From positions 24,433 through 65,000 of the forward strand of contig CAZUCU010000002.1 in the NCBI GenBank assembly GCA_964618845.1: a stretch of DNA of 40,568 nucleotides. The letters are read 5' to 3'. The DNA comes from an uncultured Candidatus Saccharibacteria bacterium (GTDB taxonomy: Bacteria; Patescibacteriota; Minisyncoccia; Phycocordibacterales; JAACPR01). Below are positions 18,040-23,587 of this stretch, in pieces (positions within the stretch are counted from its first letter, which is position 1; every line of letters begins with the position of its first letter). The position numbers and the translations under genes are program-made. Below the pieces are notes generated by a model. It worked only from the letters and a program-made list of their open reading frames with translations. It ran no database searches and was not told where the DNA came from.

Positions 18040-18134
18040 TAATAGATTTTATAAAATTGTAATATCTGTATGCAATCAAAATCTTAATAGAAACTTTAGA
18101 TTTTCCTCATGGTTTCTTAAGAACTTTAAAAGAA

Positions 18135-19307
18135 TCATATTTTACTAGGACAAATTTTGCGAATTTTTTGGACAACTTTTGGTAATACTTTTAAAACATA
18201 TTTGAGTTCTTCTTTGGTAGTATATCGTCCAAGTGAAAATCGTAAACTGCCATGAACAAGCTCAAGCGGAAGTCCGAGGTTTACCAAAACATGCGAGGGA
18301 TGCAAATCATTTGACGAACATGCCGAACCTGTCGAAGCACAAATTCCATAAGAATCCAACATCAAAAGCAATGATTCTCCTTCTGTCCTCTTGAAAGAAA
18401 TGTGAATATTATTTGGTAAACGACTTTTCAAAGATCCATTTATTTGGGAATCTTTAATTTTCAAAACCTCTTTAACAAAATAATCTCTCAATTTTTCTAA
18501 TCTTCTTGCTTCTCGCTTTTCACTTTTCACTGCGATTTCCAAAGCAGTCGCAAGTCCTTGCACATACGCCACATTCTCAGTCCCACTTCTCAAATTCTTT
18601 TCTTGCCCACCGCCGTGAATTATTGGTTCTATTACTGTTCCCTCCCTCACATACAAAACACCCACACCTTTTGGACCATAAATTTTGGAACCATTAAAAC
18701 TCAAAAGATCAACACCGAGTTTGTTTGGTCTAATTTCTAAATATCCGACCGCCTGACATGCATCGGTATGAAAATATGGAAGTCTGTTTCTTTTTCTTTT
18801 CCTCAAAATAATTTTTGAAATTTTTTGCAAATCTTGGATCGTGCCAATTTCATTATTGCCATAAATTATAGAAACCAAAATTGTTTGGTCGTTTATTTCT
18901 TCTTCTAACTTTTTCAAGTTTACAAAACCTTCTCGATTTACCGGAATCTCGACAACCTCAAATCCTTCTTCTTTGAGTTTAATTGCAGAATCCAAAACTG
19001 CTTTGTGTTCAATAGATGAAATCAAAATTTTGTTTCCATATTTCTTATTTGCTCTTGCGACACCTATAATTGCTAAATTATCTGACTCTGTTCCAGAACC
19101 TGTAAAAATAATTTCACTTGGTTTAACTTCCAAAATTTTGGCAACCCTGTTTCGCGCATCATCCAAATAGTGTTTTGCCTTCCTCCCAACGTCATGCATA
19201 GAAGAAGGGTTACCATAAACATCCTCCAAAATTTTAAAAACAACTCCTAAAACCTTAGGATCTGTTGGGGTAGTCGCTGCATAATCTAAATAAATCTCCT
19301 TTTTCAT
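18135..19307 (-). CDS. Cysteine desulfurase (IscS/NifS family, PLP-dependent)
   Basis: IYLDYAATTP, SSMHDVGR, FTGSGTESDNLAI, SFNGSKIYGPKGVG (PLP lysine), and the active-site loop ASTGSACSS. Confidence 0.9.
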   Translation of the reverse strand: MKKEIYLDYAATTPTDPKVLGVVFKILEDVYGNPSSMHDVGRKAKHYLDDARNRVAKILEVKPSEIIFTGSGTESDNLAIIGVARANKKYGNKILISSIEHKAVLDSAIKLKEEGFEVVEIPVNREGFVNLKKLEEEINDQTILVSIIYGNNEIGTIQDLQKISKIILRKRKRNRLPYFHTDACQAVGYLEIRPNKLGVDLLSFNGSKIYGPKGVGVLYVREGTVIEPIIHGGGQEKNLRSGTENVAYVQGLATALEIAVKSEKREARRLEKLRDYFVKEVLKIKDSQINGSLKSRLPNNIHISFKRTEGESLLLMLDSYGICASTGSACSSNDLHPSHVLVNLGLPLELVHGSLRFSLGRYTTKEELKYVLKVLPKVVQKIRKICPSKI

Positions 19308-19329
19308 AGGATGTTTATTTTAGCATAAT

Positions 19330-19587
19330 CTAATAAAGCTGGGGATGAGTACCAATACCCATTAAAATAAAAATATCTCCGTGTTCTTCATAATGAACTC
19401 TAATATCACCTGTCACATTAAAACTTCGCCATCCTTTAAATTTTCCAGATAAAGCATGATTATTTAATAAGTAATAAAATTGATTTTCAGAAAATATTTT
19501 AAGTCTCTGCTTAAATTTGTATTGAATTTCATTTGGTTGTTTTTTAAGAGCCTTTTTAAAATTTTTATGAAATTCAATTATTATAAA
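19330..19587 (-). CDS. RelE/YafQ-family toxin with no canonical start codon
   Basis: Not in the ORF track. It reads FIIIEFHKNFKKALKKQPNEIQYKFKQRLKIFSENQFYYLLNNHALSGKFKGWRSFNVTGDIRVHYEEHGDIFILMGIGTHPQLY. It is in the same frame as the antitoxin and begins immediately after the antitoxin TAG. The only start-like codons at the 5' end are ATA/ATA/ATT. Confidence 0.6.
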   Translation of the reverse strand, partial: FIIIEFHKNFKKALKKQPNEIQYKFKQRLKIFSENQFYYLLNNHALSGKFKGWRSFNVTGDIRVHYEEHGDIFILMGIGTHPQLY

Positions 19588-19860
19588 CTAAATTTCAAGA
19601 ACCTTAAATAGATCTTCTAAATTATCATAAGGTTTAGATAAATTTCTGCCTTTCTTCACATCTTCCCTCATCTTCAAAAATCTTTTTTCAGTTTTTTTGT
19701 TAAATTTTGGTGGAACACTCAAAACCACTCTTCGTTCAATTACAAATTTTTTAAGAGTTGCATTTATAACACTACTAAGAGAAAGACCCAGCTCCTTTGC
19801 AAGAGCGGTTGCCTCTTCCTTGATATCTTTATCAAGTTTAATACTCGTGGTTGTTTTCAT
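19588..19860 (-). CDS. DinJ/RelB-family ribbon-helix-helix antitoxin
   Basis: MKTTTSIKLDKDIKEEATALAKELGLSLSSVINATLKKFV matches the RHH pattern. ATG at 19860 is preferred over the longer track ORF. Confidence 0.7.
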   Translation of the reverse strand: MKTTTSIKLDKDIKEEATALAKELGLSLSSVINATLKKFVIERRVVLSVPPKFNKKTEKRFLKMREDVKKGRNLSKPYDNLEDLFKVLEI

Positions 19861-19891
19861 AATACTAAGTATATACTTTGTATTATGCGTG

Positions 19892-20077
19892 TCAATTTTC
19901 ATAATATCCCTTCTTTTCCACAAAGTTTAAATAATTTTGTTTTTCCATTAAATCTACTAATTCTTTCATTGATAATTCTCTTCCTTCTTTTTCGGCTTTG
20001 GCCATTGCCTTACAAATTTCGCAATCGTCACATGAAGGATCGCCACCAATAATATGATAATTTTTTTCTTTTGACAT
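19892..20077 (-). CDS. Small hypothetical protein with a CDDCEIC motif
   Basis: ATG at 20077 (MSKEKNYHIIGGDPSCDDCEICKAM...). No family was recognised. Confidence 0.4.
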   Translation of the reverse strand: MSKEKNYHIIGGDPSCDDCEICKAMAKAEKEGRELSMKELVDLMEKQNYLNFVEKKGYYEN

Positions 20078-20182
20078 GAAATATATATAACATATCGTTG
20101 TGAAGTCCTGATAAAGAAAAGTTAAAGAAACCATTAAATTTCAAATTACGCCATATTTTTTACAAATTTCAAAATTTCTCAA

Positions 20183-20205
20183 CTTCCAACACTTAGTGTT
20201 GGAAG
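20183..20205 (-). terminator. Perfect 10-bp hairpin CTTCCAACAC-tta-GTGTTGGAAG
   Basis: It lies 18 nt downstream of the stop of 20223..20414. The U-tract on the minus strand is weak (uugagaaauuuug). Confidence 0.5.
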
Positions 20206-20222
20206 TAAAAAATAAAAAGAAA

Positions 20223-20414
20223 TTAATGATAGTCTTGTTTTGATTCTAAAATAAAAGTTACTTTTTTTACCGCTTCATCGCCGGAAATTTGACCTTCTTT
20301 ATATTGTTTAATTATTCCATCAATAATGCTAAATTCAACATCATTAGCCCCAAGCATATATATTTGTTGCTTTAGCCCTTCTATTATTTGTAAAATGTTT
20401 TTTGGGTTTTCCAT
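20223..20414 (-). CDS. Small hypothetical protein (63 aa)
   Basis: ATG at 20414 (MENPKNILQ...). TATAAT lies 9 nt upstream and there is no Shine-Dalgarno. Confidence 0.45.
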   Translation of the reverse strand: MENPKNILQIIEGLKQQIYMLGANDVEFSIIDGIIKQYKEGQISGDEAVKKVTFILESKQDYH

Positions 20415-20436
20415 ATACAAGATATTATACCAAACA

Positions 20437-20451
20437 CGAGGTTAAATCTTG
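20437..20451. promoter_or_regulatory. Degenerate copy of the palindromic motif (cgaggttaaatcttg) upstream of 20223..20414
   Basis: Part of the shared 22-mer acacgaggttaaa(c/t)ct(c/t)gaaaa, just upstream of the TATAAT of the downstream gene. Confidence 0.5.
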
Positions 20452-20461
20452 AAAATACAGA

Positions 20462-21046
20462 TTAAGGTCTATAGATTTCTTTTATAAAAATCACTTCTGA
20501 TTTATTGTTTAGTGTAATTTCATATGGAATCGTAAGTTTTACTCCATCCACACTATATATATCAACAAAATCTTTTTTTAATTCTTGTATAGATATGTTT
20601 ATTACTCCATCAGGAGATTTCTGGAAAGCACTCGCTGTTACTATCTTCACATTTGGTGAAAGAATAAATGTCCTAAGTTTTGTATTTATATTTCTGTCAT
20701 ATACACCATTAGTAAGGCAACCCATAGTATTTTCCAGTTCACGTGTACATTTACCATCGGCAATTAATGCTTCTATAGCTTCTTCCCCAGTAAGTACATC
20801 AATATAATCCAAGGTTATTTTATTTTCAATAATCGAATCTATGTATGCTGTTACAACTGTCACTTCATTACTAATATTTTCATTTGTTTTTGTATTAACA
20901 TTTTTAACATTATTATTTCTTATTGTTTCTACTTCAGAAATATCGGTAAGTTCTTTTGCATAATCTAAATACCAATAAACACCACCACTAATAATTAATA
21001 AAATTACAATTCCCCAAAGGGTTGAAATTTTTGTTTTCATATACAT
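20462..21046 (-). CDS. Hypothetical secreted or membrane-anchored protein (194 aa)
   Basis: N-terminal TM/signal (ISTLWGIVILLIISGGVYWYL). Two ATGs (21046, 21040) lie 2 and 8 nt after a TATAAT. Confidence 0.55.
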   Translation of the reverse strand: MYMKTKISTLWGIVILLIISGGVYWYLDYAKELTDISEVETIRNNNVKNVNTKTNENISNEVTVVTAYIDSIIENKITLDYIDVLTGEEAIEALIADGKCTRELENTMGCLTNGVYDRNINTKLRTFILSPNVKIVTASAFQKSPDGVINISIQELKKDFVDIYSVDGVKLTIPYEITLNNKSEVIFIKEIYRP

Positions 21047-21067
21047 ATATTATAACAACATTAAACA

Positions 21068-21082
21068 CGAGGTTAAACCTCG
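21068..21082. promoter_or_regulatory. Perfect 7-bp-arm palindrome CGAGGTT-A-AACCTCG upstream of 20462..21046
   Basis: Read directly. It sits within the 22-mer acacgaggttaaacctcgaaaa, 13 nt from the TATAAT on the minus strand. Confidence 0.6.
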
Positions 21083-21132
21083 AAAAGGTTTTTTGTTGAA
21101 AAATAAGGGTTTTTTGGAAAGTTAGGGGTTCA

Positions 21133-21147
21133 CGAGGTTAAACCTCG
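21133..21147. promoter_or_regulatory. Second perfect copy of the CGAGGTT-A-AACCTCG palindrome
   Basis: Same 15-mer in the same orientation, 65 bp from the first copy. It lies inside a doubtful 24-codon ORF (21122..21196). Confidence 0.6.
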
Positions 21148-21254
21148 AAAAACTGATACTAAAATACCAATAAAAAAATTCCACTATATTTTTCATAGAT
21201 AAAATTATACCAGTCCCTTCGCCTGTGTAAAATAAGTATTGAGAAATATGACGA

Positions 21255-21274
21255 TGCGCGAGCGAAGGGGCTCG
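21255..21274. repeat. Exact 20-nt duplicate of the tRNA-Asp 3' end (att-like direct repeat)
   Basis: tgcgcgagcgaaggggctcg at 21255-21274 is identical to 21467-21486 (T-stem 3' strand + acceptor 3' strand + 3 nt), in the same orientation. Confidence 0.9.
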
Positions 21275-21396
21275 TCCCGCAGTTACTAAACTCAAACTTC
21301 GCTATGCTCGTTTTCGTTAAGTACTGCTGGACGCGACTCGCGACCCACCTTCGTAAAACTCAGGTGGGTACCCCGCTCCGTCGTTCGAGCCCCTTC
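21264..21396 (-). other. GC-rich foldable segment of unknown nature (candidate structured RNA or integration scar)
   Basis: An 11-bp closing helix pairs gaaggggctcg 21264-21274 with cgagccccttc 21386-21396. An internal 8-bp hairpin pairs 21343-21350 with 21362-21369. An imperfect helix pairs about 21279-21291 with about 21321-21332. No known RNA family was recognised. Confidence 0.3.
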
Positions 21397-21422
21397 ACAA
21401 GCTCCGCTTGCTTCACACATAT

Positions 21423-21466
21423 CACAAAAATAAAAACCCAGATTTAGCTGGGCCTTTATTTTTGTG
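21423..21466 (-). terminator. Long hairpin terminator immediately 3' of tRNA-Asp
   Basis: cacaaaaataaa/tttatttttgtg outer arms and cccag/ctggg inner arms. The two internal mismatches become G-U pairs only on the minus-strand transcript, where a U-run follows the inner stem. Confidence 0.75.
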
Positions 21467-21468
21467 TG

Positions 21469-21542
21469 CGCGAGCGAAGGGGCTCGAACCCTCAACCTCC
21501 CGCGTGACAGGCGGGTGCTCTAACCAGTTGAGCTACGCCCGC
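21469..21542 (-). tRNA. tRNA-Asp (anticodon GTC)
   Basis: The reverse complement reads GCGGGCGTAGCTCAACTGGTTAGAGCACCCGCCTGTCACGCGGGAGGTTGAGGGTTCGAGCCCCTTCGCTCGCG. Anticodon loop is CTGTCAC and the discriminator is G. Confidence 0.9.
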
Positions 21543-21612
21543 AGTTTTTAGTATTTAATACCACATTCTGCAGTTTCAATAATTTAACAAATTAAATTCA
21601 AAATATCAAACT

Positions 21613-21846
21613 TTATTCCTTTGGTTTTCGATTAAAAATTCTGCGAAAATAATCGAGGGCGGTTTCATCATTATTATTTTTGTCGTCATGTTCTTCTTGT
21701 GTTTTTGGTTTTACATTTTTTTGAGATCTTTGAAGCCTTTCTCCCCAACCGCAAGCCCGACAACCACCAACTCTATCTCCACAAATTTCACAAATAAAAT
21801 CTAAACCATCGTTTGGATCTTTTATTTTAAAATTTTCCATATTCAT
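21613..21846 (-). CDS. Small zinc-ribbon-like protein, hypothetical
   Basis: CEIC...CRAC pair of CxxC motifs, then a basic/acidic tail. Composition is AT-rich and host-like. Confidence 0.5.
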   Translation of the reverse strand: MNMENFKIKDPNDGLDFICEICGDRVGGCRACGWGERLQRSQKNVKPKTQEEHDDKNNNDETALDYFRRIFNRKPKE

Positions 21847-21881
21847 AAACTTATTTTATAAATTTTTTAGGAAAAAGAATA

Positions 21882-21911
21882 GCCCCACGGCGCGCTTGCG
21901 CGCCGTGGGGC
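21882..21911 (-). terminator. All-GC 14-bp-arm palindrome GCCCCACGGCGCGC-tt-GCGCGCCGTGGGGC
   Basis: It lies 15 nt after the TAA (21927-21929) of the GC-rich ORF and is followed on the minus strand by tattcttttt. Confidence 0.8.
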
Positions 21912-21926
21912 AAAAATTTATCCAAT

Positions 21927-22910
21927 TTATCCCTTTTCTCCCCAACCGTTTGAGGAGAAGGAAGAGTAGATCCACTCCTCGAACTCTAAAAGAAGAAACA
22001 CCGTTTCTCCTTCCTCGAACCGGAGATTCATCCCCTCAACATAGTCAAGGATCTGATCCGGCTCTCCCAACCGCCTACCCTCGAGGGTGGCGACACGAAC
22101 GAACTTCGGCTGATATTCGTATACGCTCATCGCGAATAGATTGATCGAAGTCGCTGTCACTTCAAACCAGGGACAATACCCGTATTCAGGAGCCATCCAT
22201 AGATTGAGGTTGTCTTCCTCATCTGGAGTCAACTGAGAGAAACCCTCGAATCCAATCCAAGAAATCTCAGATGAATCGACCACCTTGGGCAAAGCTTGCC
22301 CAGACCGGAAGTCATAGTACCAAGAGTTCCCAAAGCGATTCTCGATGACAAGATAGTCGTACTGACCACCCAACATCCAGCCGGGGATAGTTATTTCTCC
22401 ACTTGAAACATCGAGATAATACCTTTGTCCATTATGAAGACAGACATAGGCCTCCTCGGCGTCGTAGAACTCGAAACTGAGATCCGAAGCGGTGAAATAC
22501 AACTGCCCGACCCAATATGGCAAACGATAGGTTGGCCTACCATACTGGTCATATCCAACCCTCTCGAAACTAAAGTAAGTTGTAGATCGAAACAATTTCG
22601 TGCCCGATCCGTCCTTGATTTCAGCCGAGAGCTGGATCTGATCCCTCGGGTTTTGAAGCCGAATTTGGACTTCAACTTGACGAAGAATCTCCTCAACCTG
22701 TGAGATCGATTTGAACTCGCCAAGTTCGACGGTCTGGTTGAACTCGGGAGACATTGTCTCTGCTGAGCACCGAATTTCCGCCGTTTTTGCCATCGACAGG
22801 AGTTCAATCAGACCGTTTTGCCCGATGGGCAGACGGTCGGGAAACCCCGCTCCGATGGAGTTGACGATGAGACCGACGAGGGCCATGATGCACAATGCGA
22901 TGTGTTTCAT
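21927..22910 (-). CDS. Secreted protein of unknown family (327 aa), G+C-rich
   Basis: ATG at 22910 gives MKHIALCIMALVGLIVNSIGAG (signal-peptide-like). The mature part is aromatic-rich and predicted beta-rich. The longer track ORF (to 23033) overlaps the upstream gene and is unlikely. Confidence 0.6.
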   Translation of the reverse strand: MKHIALCIMALVGLIVNSIGAGFPDRLPIGQNGLIELLSMAKTAEIRCSAETMSPEFNQTVELGEFKSISQVEEILRQVEVQIRLQNPRDQIQLSAEIKDGSGTKLFRSTTYFSFERVGYDQYGRPTYRLPYWVGQLYFTASDLSFEFYDAEEAYVCLHNGQRYYLDVSSGEITIPGWMLGGQYDYLVIENRFGNSWYYDFRSGQALPKVVDSSEISWIGFEGFSQLTPDEEDNLNLWMAPEYGYCPWFEVTATSINLFAMSVYEYQPKFVRVATLEGRRLGEPDQILDYVEGMNLRFEEGETVFLLLEFEEWIYSSFSSNGWGEKG

Positions 22911-22932
22911 GTTGTTGGTTGTTGGTTTGGTT

Positions 22933-23163
22933 TCAGTTCTGAGTTGTGACTCCCTCGGGCGTGAATCGGGCATTGAGCCTGAAGCGCGCCTCGAAGGTCT
23001 GTTGTGGTGACCGTTCGGGGAGTGAGAGCTCACGAGGAGCCGTCACCCGAACGGTTTTCGAGGCTTTTGGAGCCTCCACTTGCTTCTCCTCTTTGGTCCC
23101 GCACGAAGCGAGTCCAAAAAGAAAAAGCACCGACATGACCGACATAGTCAAGGTACTCTTCAT
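22933..23163 (-). CDS. Small lipoprotein-like protein (76 aa), G+C-rich
   Basis: MKSTLTMSVMSVLFLFGLASCG carries a lipobox L-A-S-C. The stop is TGA. A 22-nt A/C-rich gap without a Shine-Dalgarno precedes the next ATG. Confidence 0.55.
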   Translation of the reverse strand: MKSTLTMSVMSVLFLFGLASCGTKEEKQVEAPKASKTVRVTAPRELSLPERSPQQTFEARFRLNARFTPEGVTTQN

Positions 23164-23172
23164 ACAAAAGGT

Positions 23173-23202
23173 AAGATATCATTTATTTGACAATCTGTCA
23201 AA
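23173..23202 (-). promoter_or_regulatory. Putative leaderless promoter TTGACA-17-TATCTT overlapped by the palindrome TTTGACA-atc-TGTCAAA
   Basis: On the minus strand the -35 is at 23196-23201 and the -10 at 23173-23178, with the ATG 9 nt downstream. The palindrome spans 23186-23202. Confidence 0.5.
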
Positions 23203-23216
23203 TATAAATTTTCATA

Positions 23217-23235
23217 TTTTGTGCTTCTGATTTCG
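23217..23235. repeat. GAAAT-rich dispersed repeat, short copy
   Basis: ttttgtgcttctgatttcg shares gtgcttctgattt with the copies at 16165-16177 and 16221-16233. Confidence 0.7.
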
Positions 23236-23248
23236 CACTTTTCATCAG

Positions 23249-23322
23249 TCCCGGGGGGCAGAATTGAACTGCCGACCTTAGCTTTATGAGTGCTACGCTC
23301 TAACCGACTGAGCTACCCCGGG
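23249..23322 (-). tRNA. tRNA with CAT anticodon, elongator type (Met or lysidine-modified Ile2)
   Basis: The reverse complement reads CCCGGGGTAGCTCAGTCGGTTAGAGCGTAGCACTCATAAAGCTAAGGTCGGCAGTTCAATTCTGCCCCCCGGGA. Y11:R24 is present, and there is one A-A mismatch at the base of the anticodon stem. Confidence 0.8.
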
Positions 23323-23323
23323 G

Positions 23324-23356
23324 TTTCGAATTTCTGATTTCTAATTTCGAGCTTCG
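23324..23356. repeat. GAAAT-rich dispersed repeat between the two CAT tRNAs
   Basis: tttcgaatttctgatttctaatttcgagcttcg. Confidence 0.7.
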
Positions 23357-23361
23357 TTCTG

Positions 23362-23432
23362 TAGCGGGGTCCGGAATTGAACCGGAGTCTTCAGGTTATG
23401 AGCCTGACGAGGTACCTCTCCTCTACCCCGCT
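23362..23432 (-). tRNA. tRNA-Met (CAT), initiator-like
   Basis: The reverse complement reads AGCGGGGTAGAGGAGAGGTACCTCGTCAGGCTCATAACCTGAAGACTCCGGTTCAATTCCGGACCCCGCTA. It closely parallels E. coli tRNA-fMet and has A11:U24, but has an A1:U72 pair and only two G-C pairs next to the anticodon loop. Confidence 0.8.
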
Positions 23433-23480
23433 AATTAAGTAATAATATACATTAAAAGGATACCTATTTCAAGGGATTAG

Positions 23481-23586
23481 AAGAGAAGCACAAAATTCGA
23501 AGTACGAAATACGAAACAAATACGAAGCTCGAAATTAGAAATCACAAACGAATATTTTTATTTCTGATTTCGAATTTCGAATTTTT
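23481..23586. repeat. GAAAT-rich dispersed repeat, composite inverted copy
   Basis: The left part is agaagcacaaaattcgaagtacgaaatacgaaacaaatacgaagctcgaaattagaaatcac. The right part, tttctgatttcgaatttcgaattt, is in opposite orientation. Confidence 0.75.
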
Positions 23587-23587
23587 C

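Noticed and set aside
18061-18123. 20-codon ORF overlapping the cysteine desulfurase stop (ATGA) as a candidate MazE-like antitoxin for the downstream MazF-like gene.
   Set aside because: It is too short for any known antitoxin fold and has no DNA-binding-like sequence. The ATGA overlap could be chance in AT-rich DNA. It is mentioned only inside the MazF finding.
21122-21196. 24-codon ORF (MKNIVEFFYWYFSISFSRFNLVNP) after a TGgTATAAT box.
   Set aside because: It is very short and its 3' half is simply the palindromic motif copy read as codons. It is kept only as a note under the promoter and palindrome findings.
21264-21410. Possible tmRNA (ssrA). The minus strand begins GGGGCTCGAACGACGG, its 5' end pairs with a 3' GAGCCCC, and a short frame ends ...LNENEHSEV-stop.
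   Set aside because: No T-arm (GGTTCGA..TCC) precedes the 3' acceptor strand. There is no G3:U70 or CCA context. The whole segment is only about 130 nt, without pseudoknot space. The putative tag does not end in the usual hydrophobic/Ala-Ala residues. The GGGGCTCG/CGAGCCCC strings are better explained as copies of the tRNA-Asp T-arm.
21896-23230. Plus-strand ORFs 21896..22144, 22425..22703, 22711..23010 and 22946..23230, and minus-strand ORF 22391..22807, inside the GC-rich cassette.
   Set aside because: These are typical stop-poor shadow frames of GC-rich coding DNA. Their products are Arg/Ser/Pro-rich with no start context. They fully overlap the far longer signal-peptide-bearing frame.
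21255-23322. Prophage or integrative conjugative element at the tRNA cluster.
   Set aside because: There is no integrase, excisionase, transposase, capsid or conjugation gene. The att-like duplication brackets only about 190 bp. The GC-rich cassette is reported as an island-like insertion, not as a recognisable mobile element.
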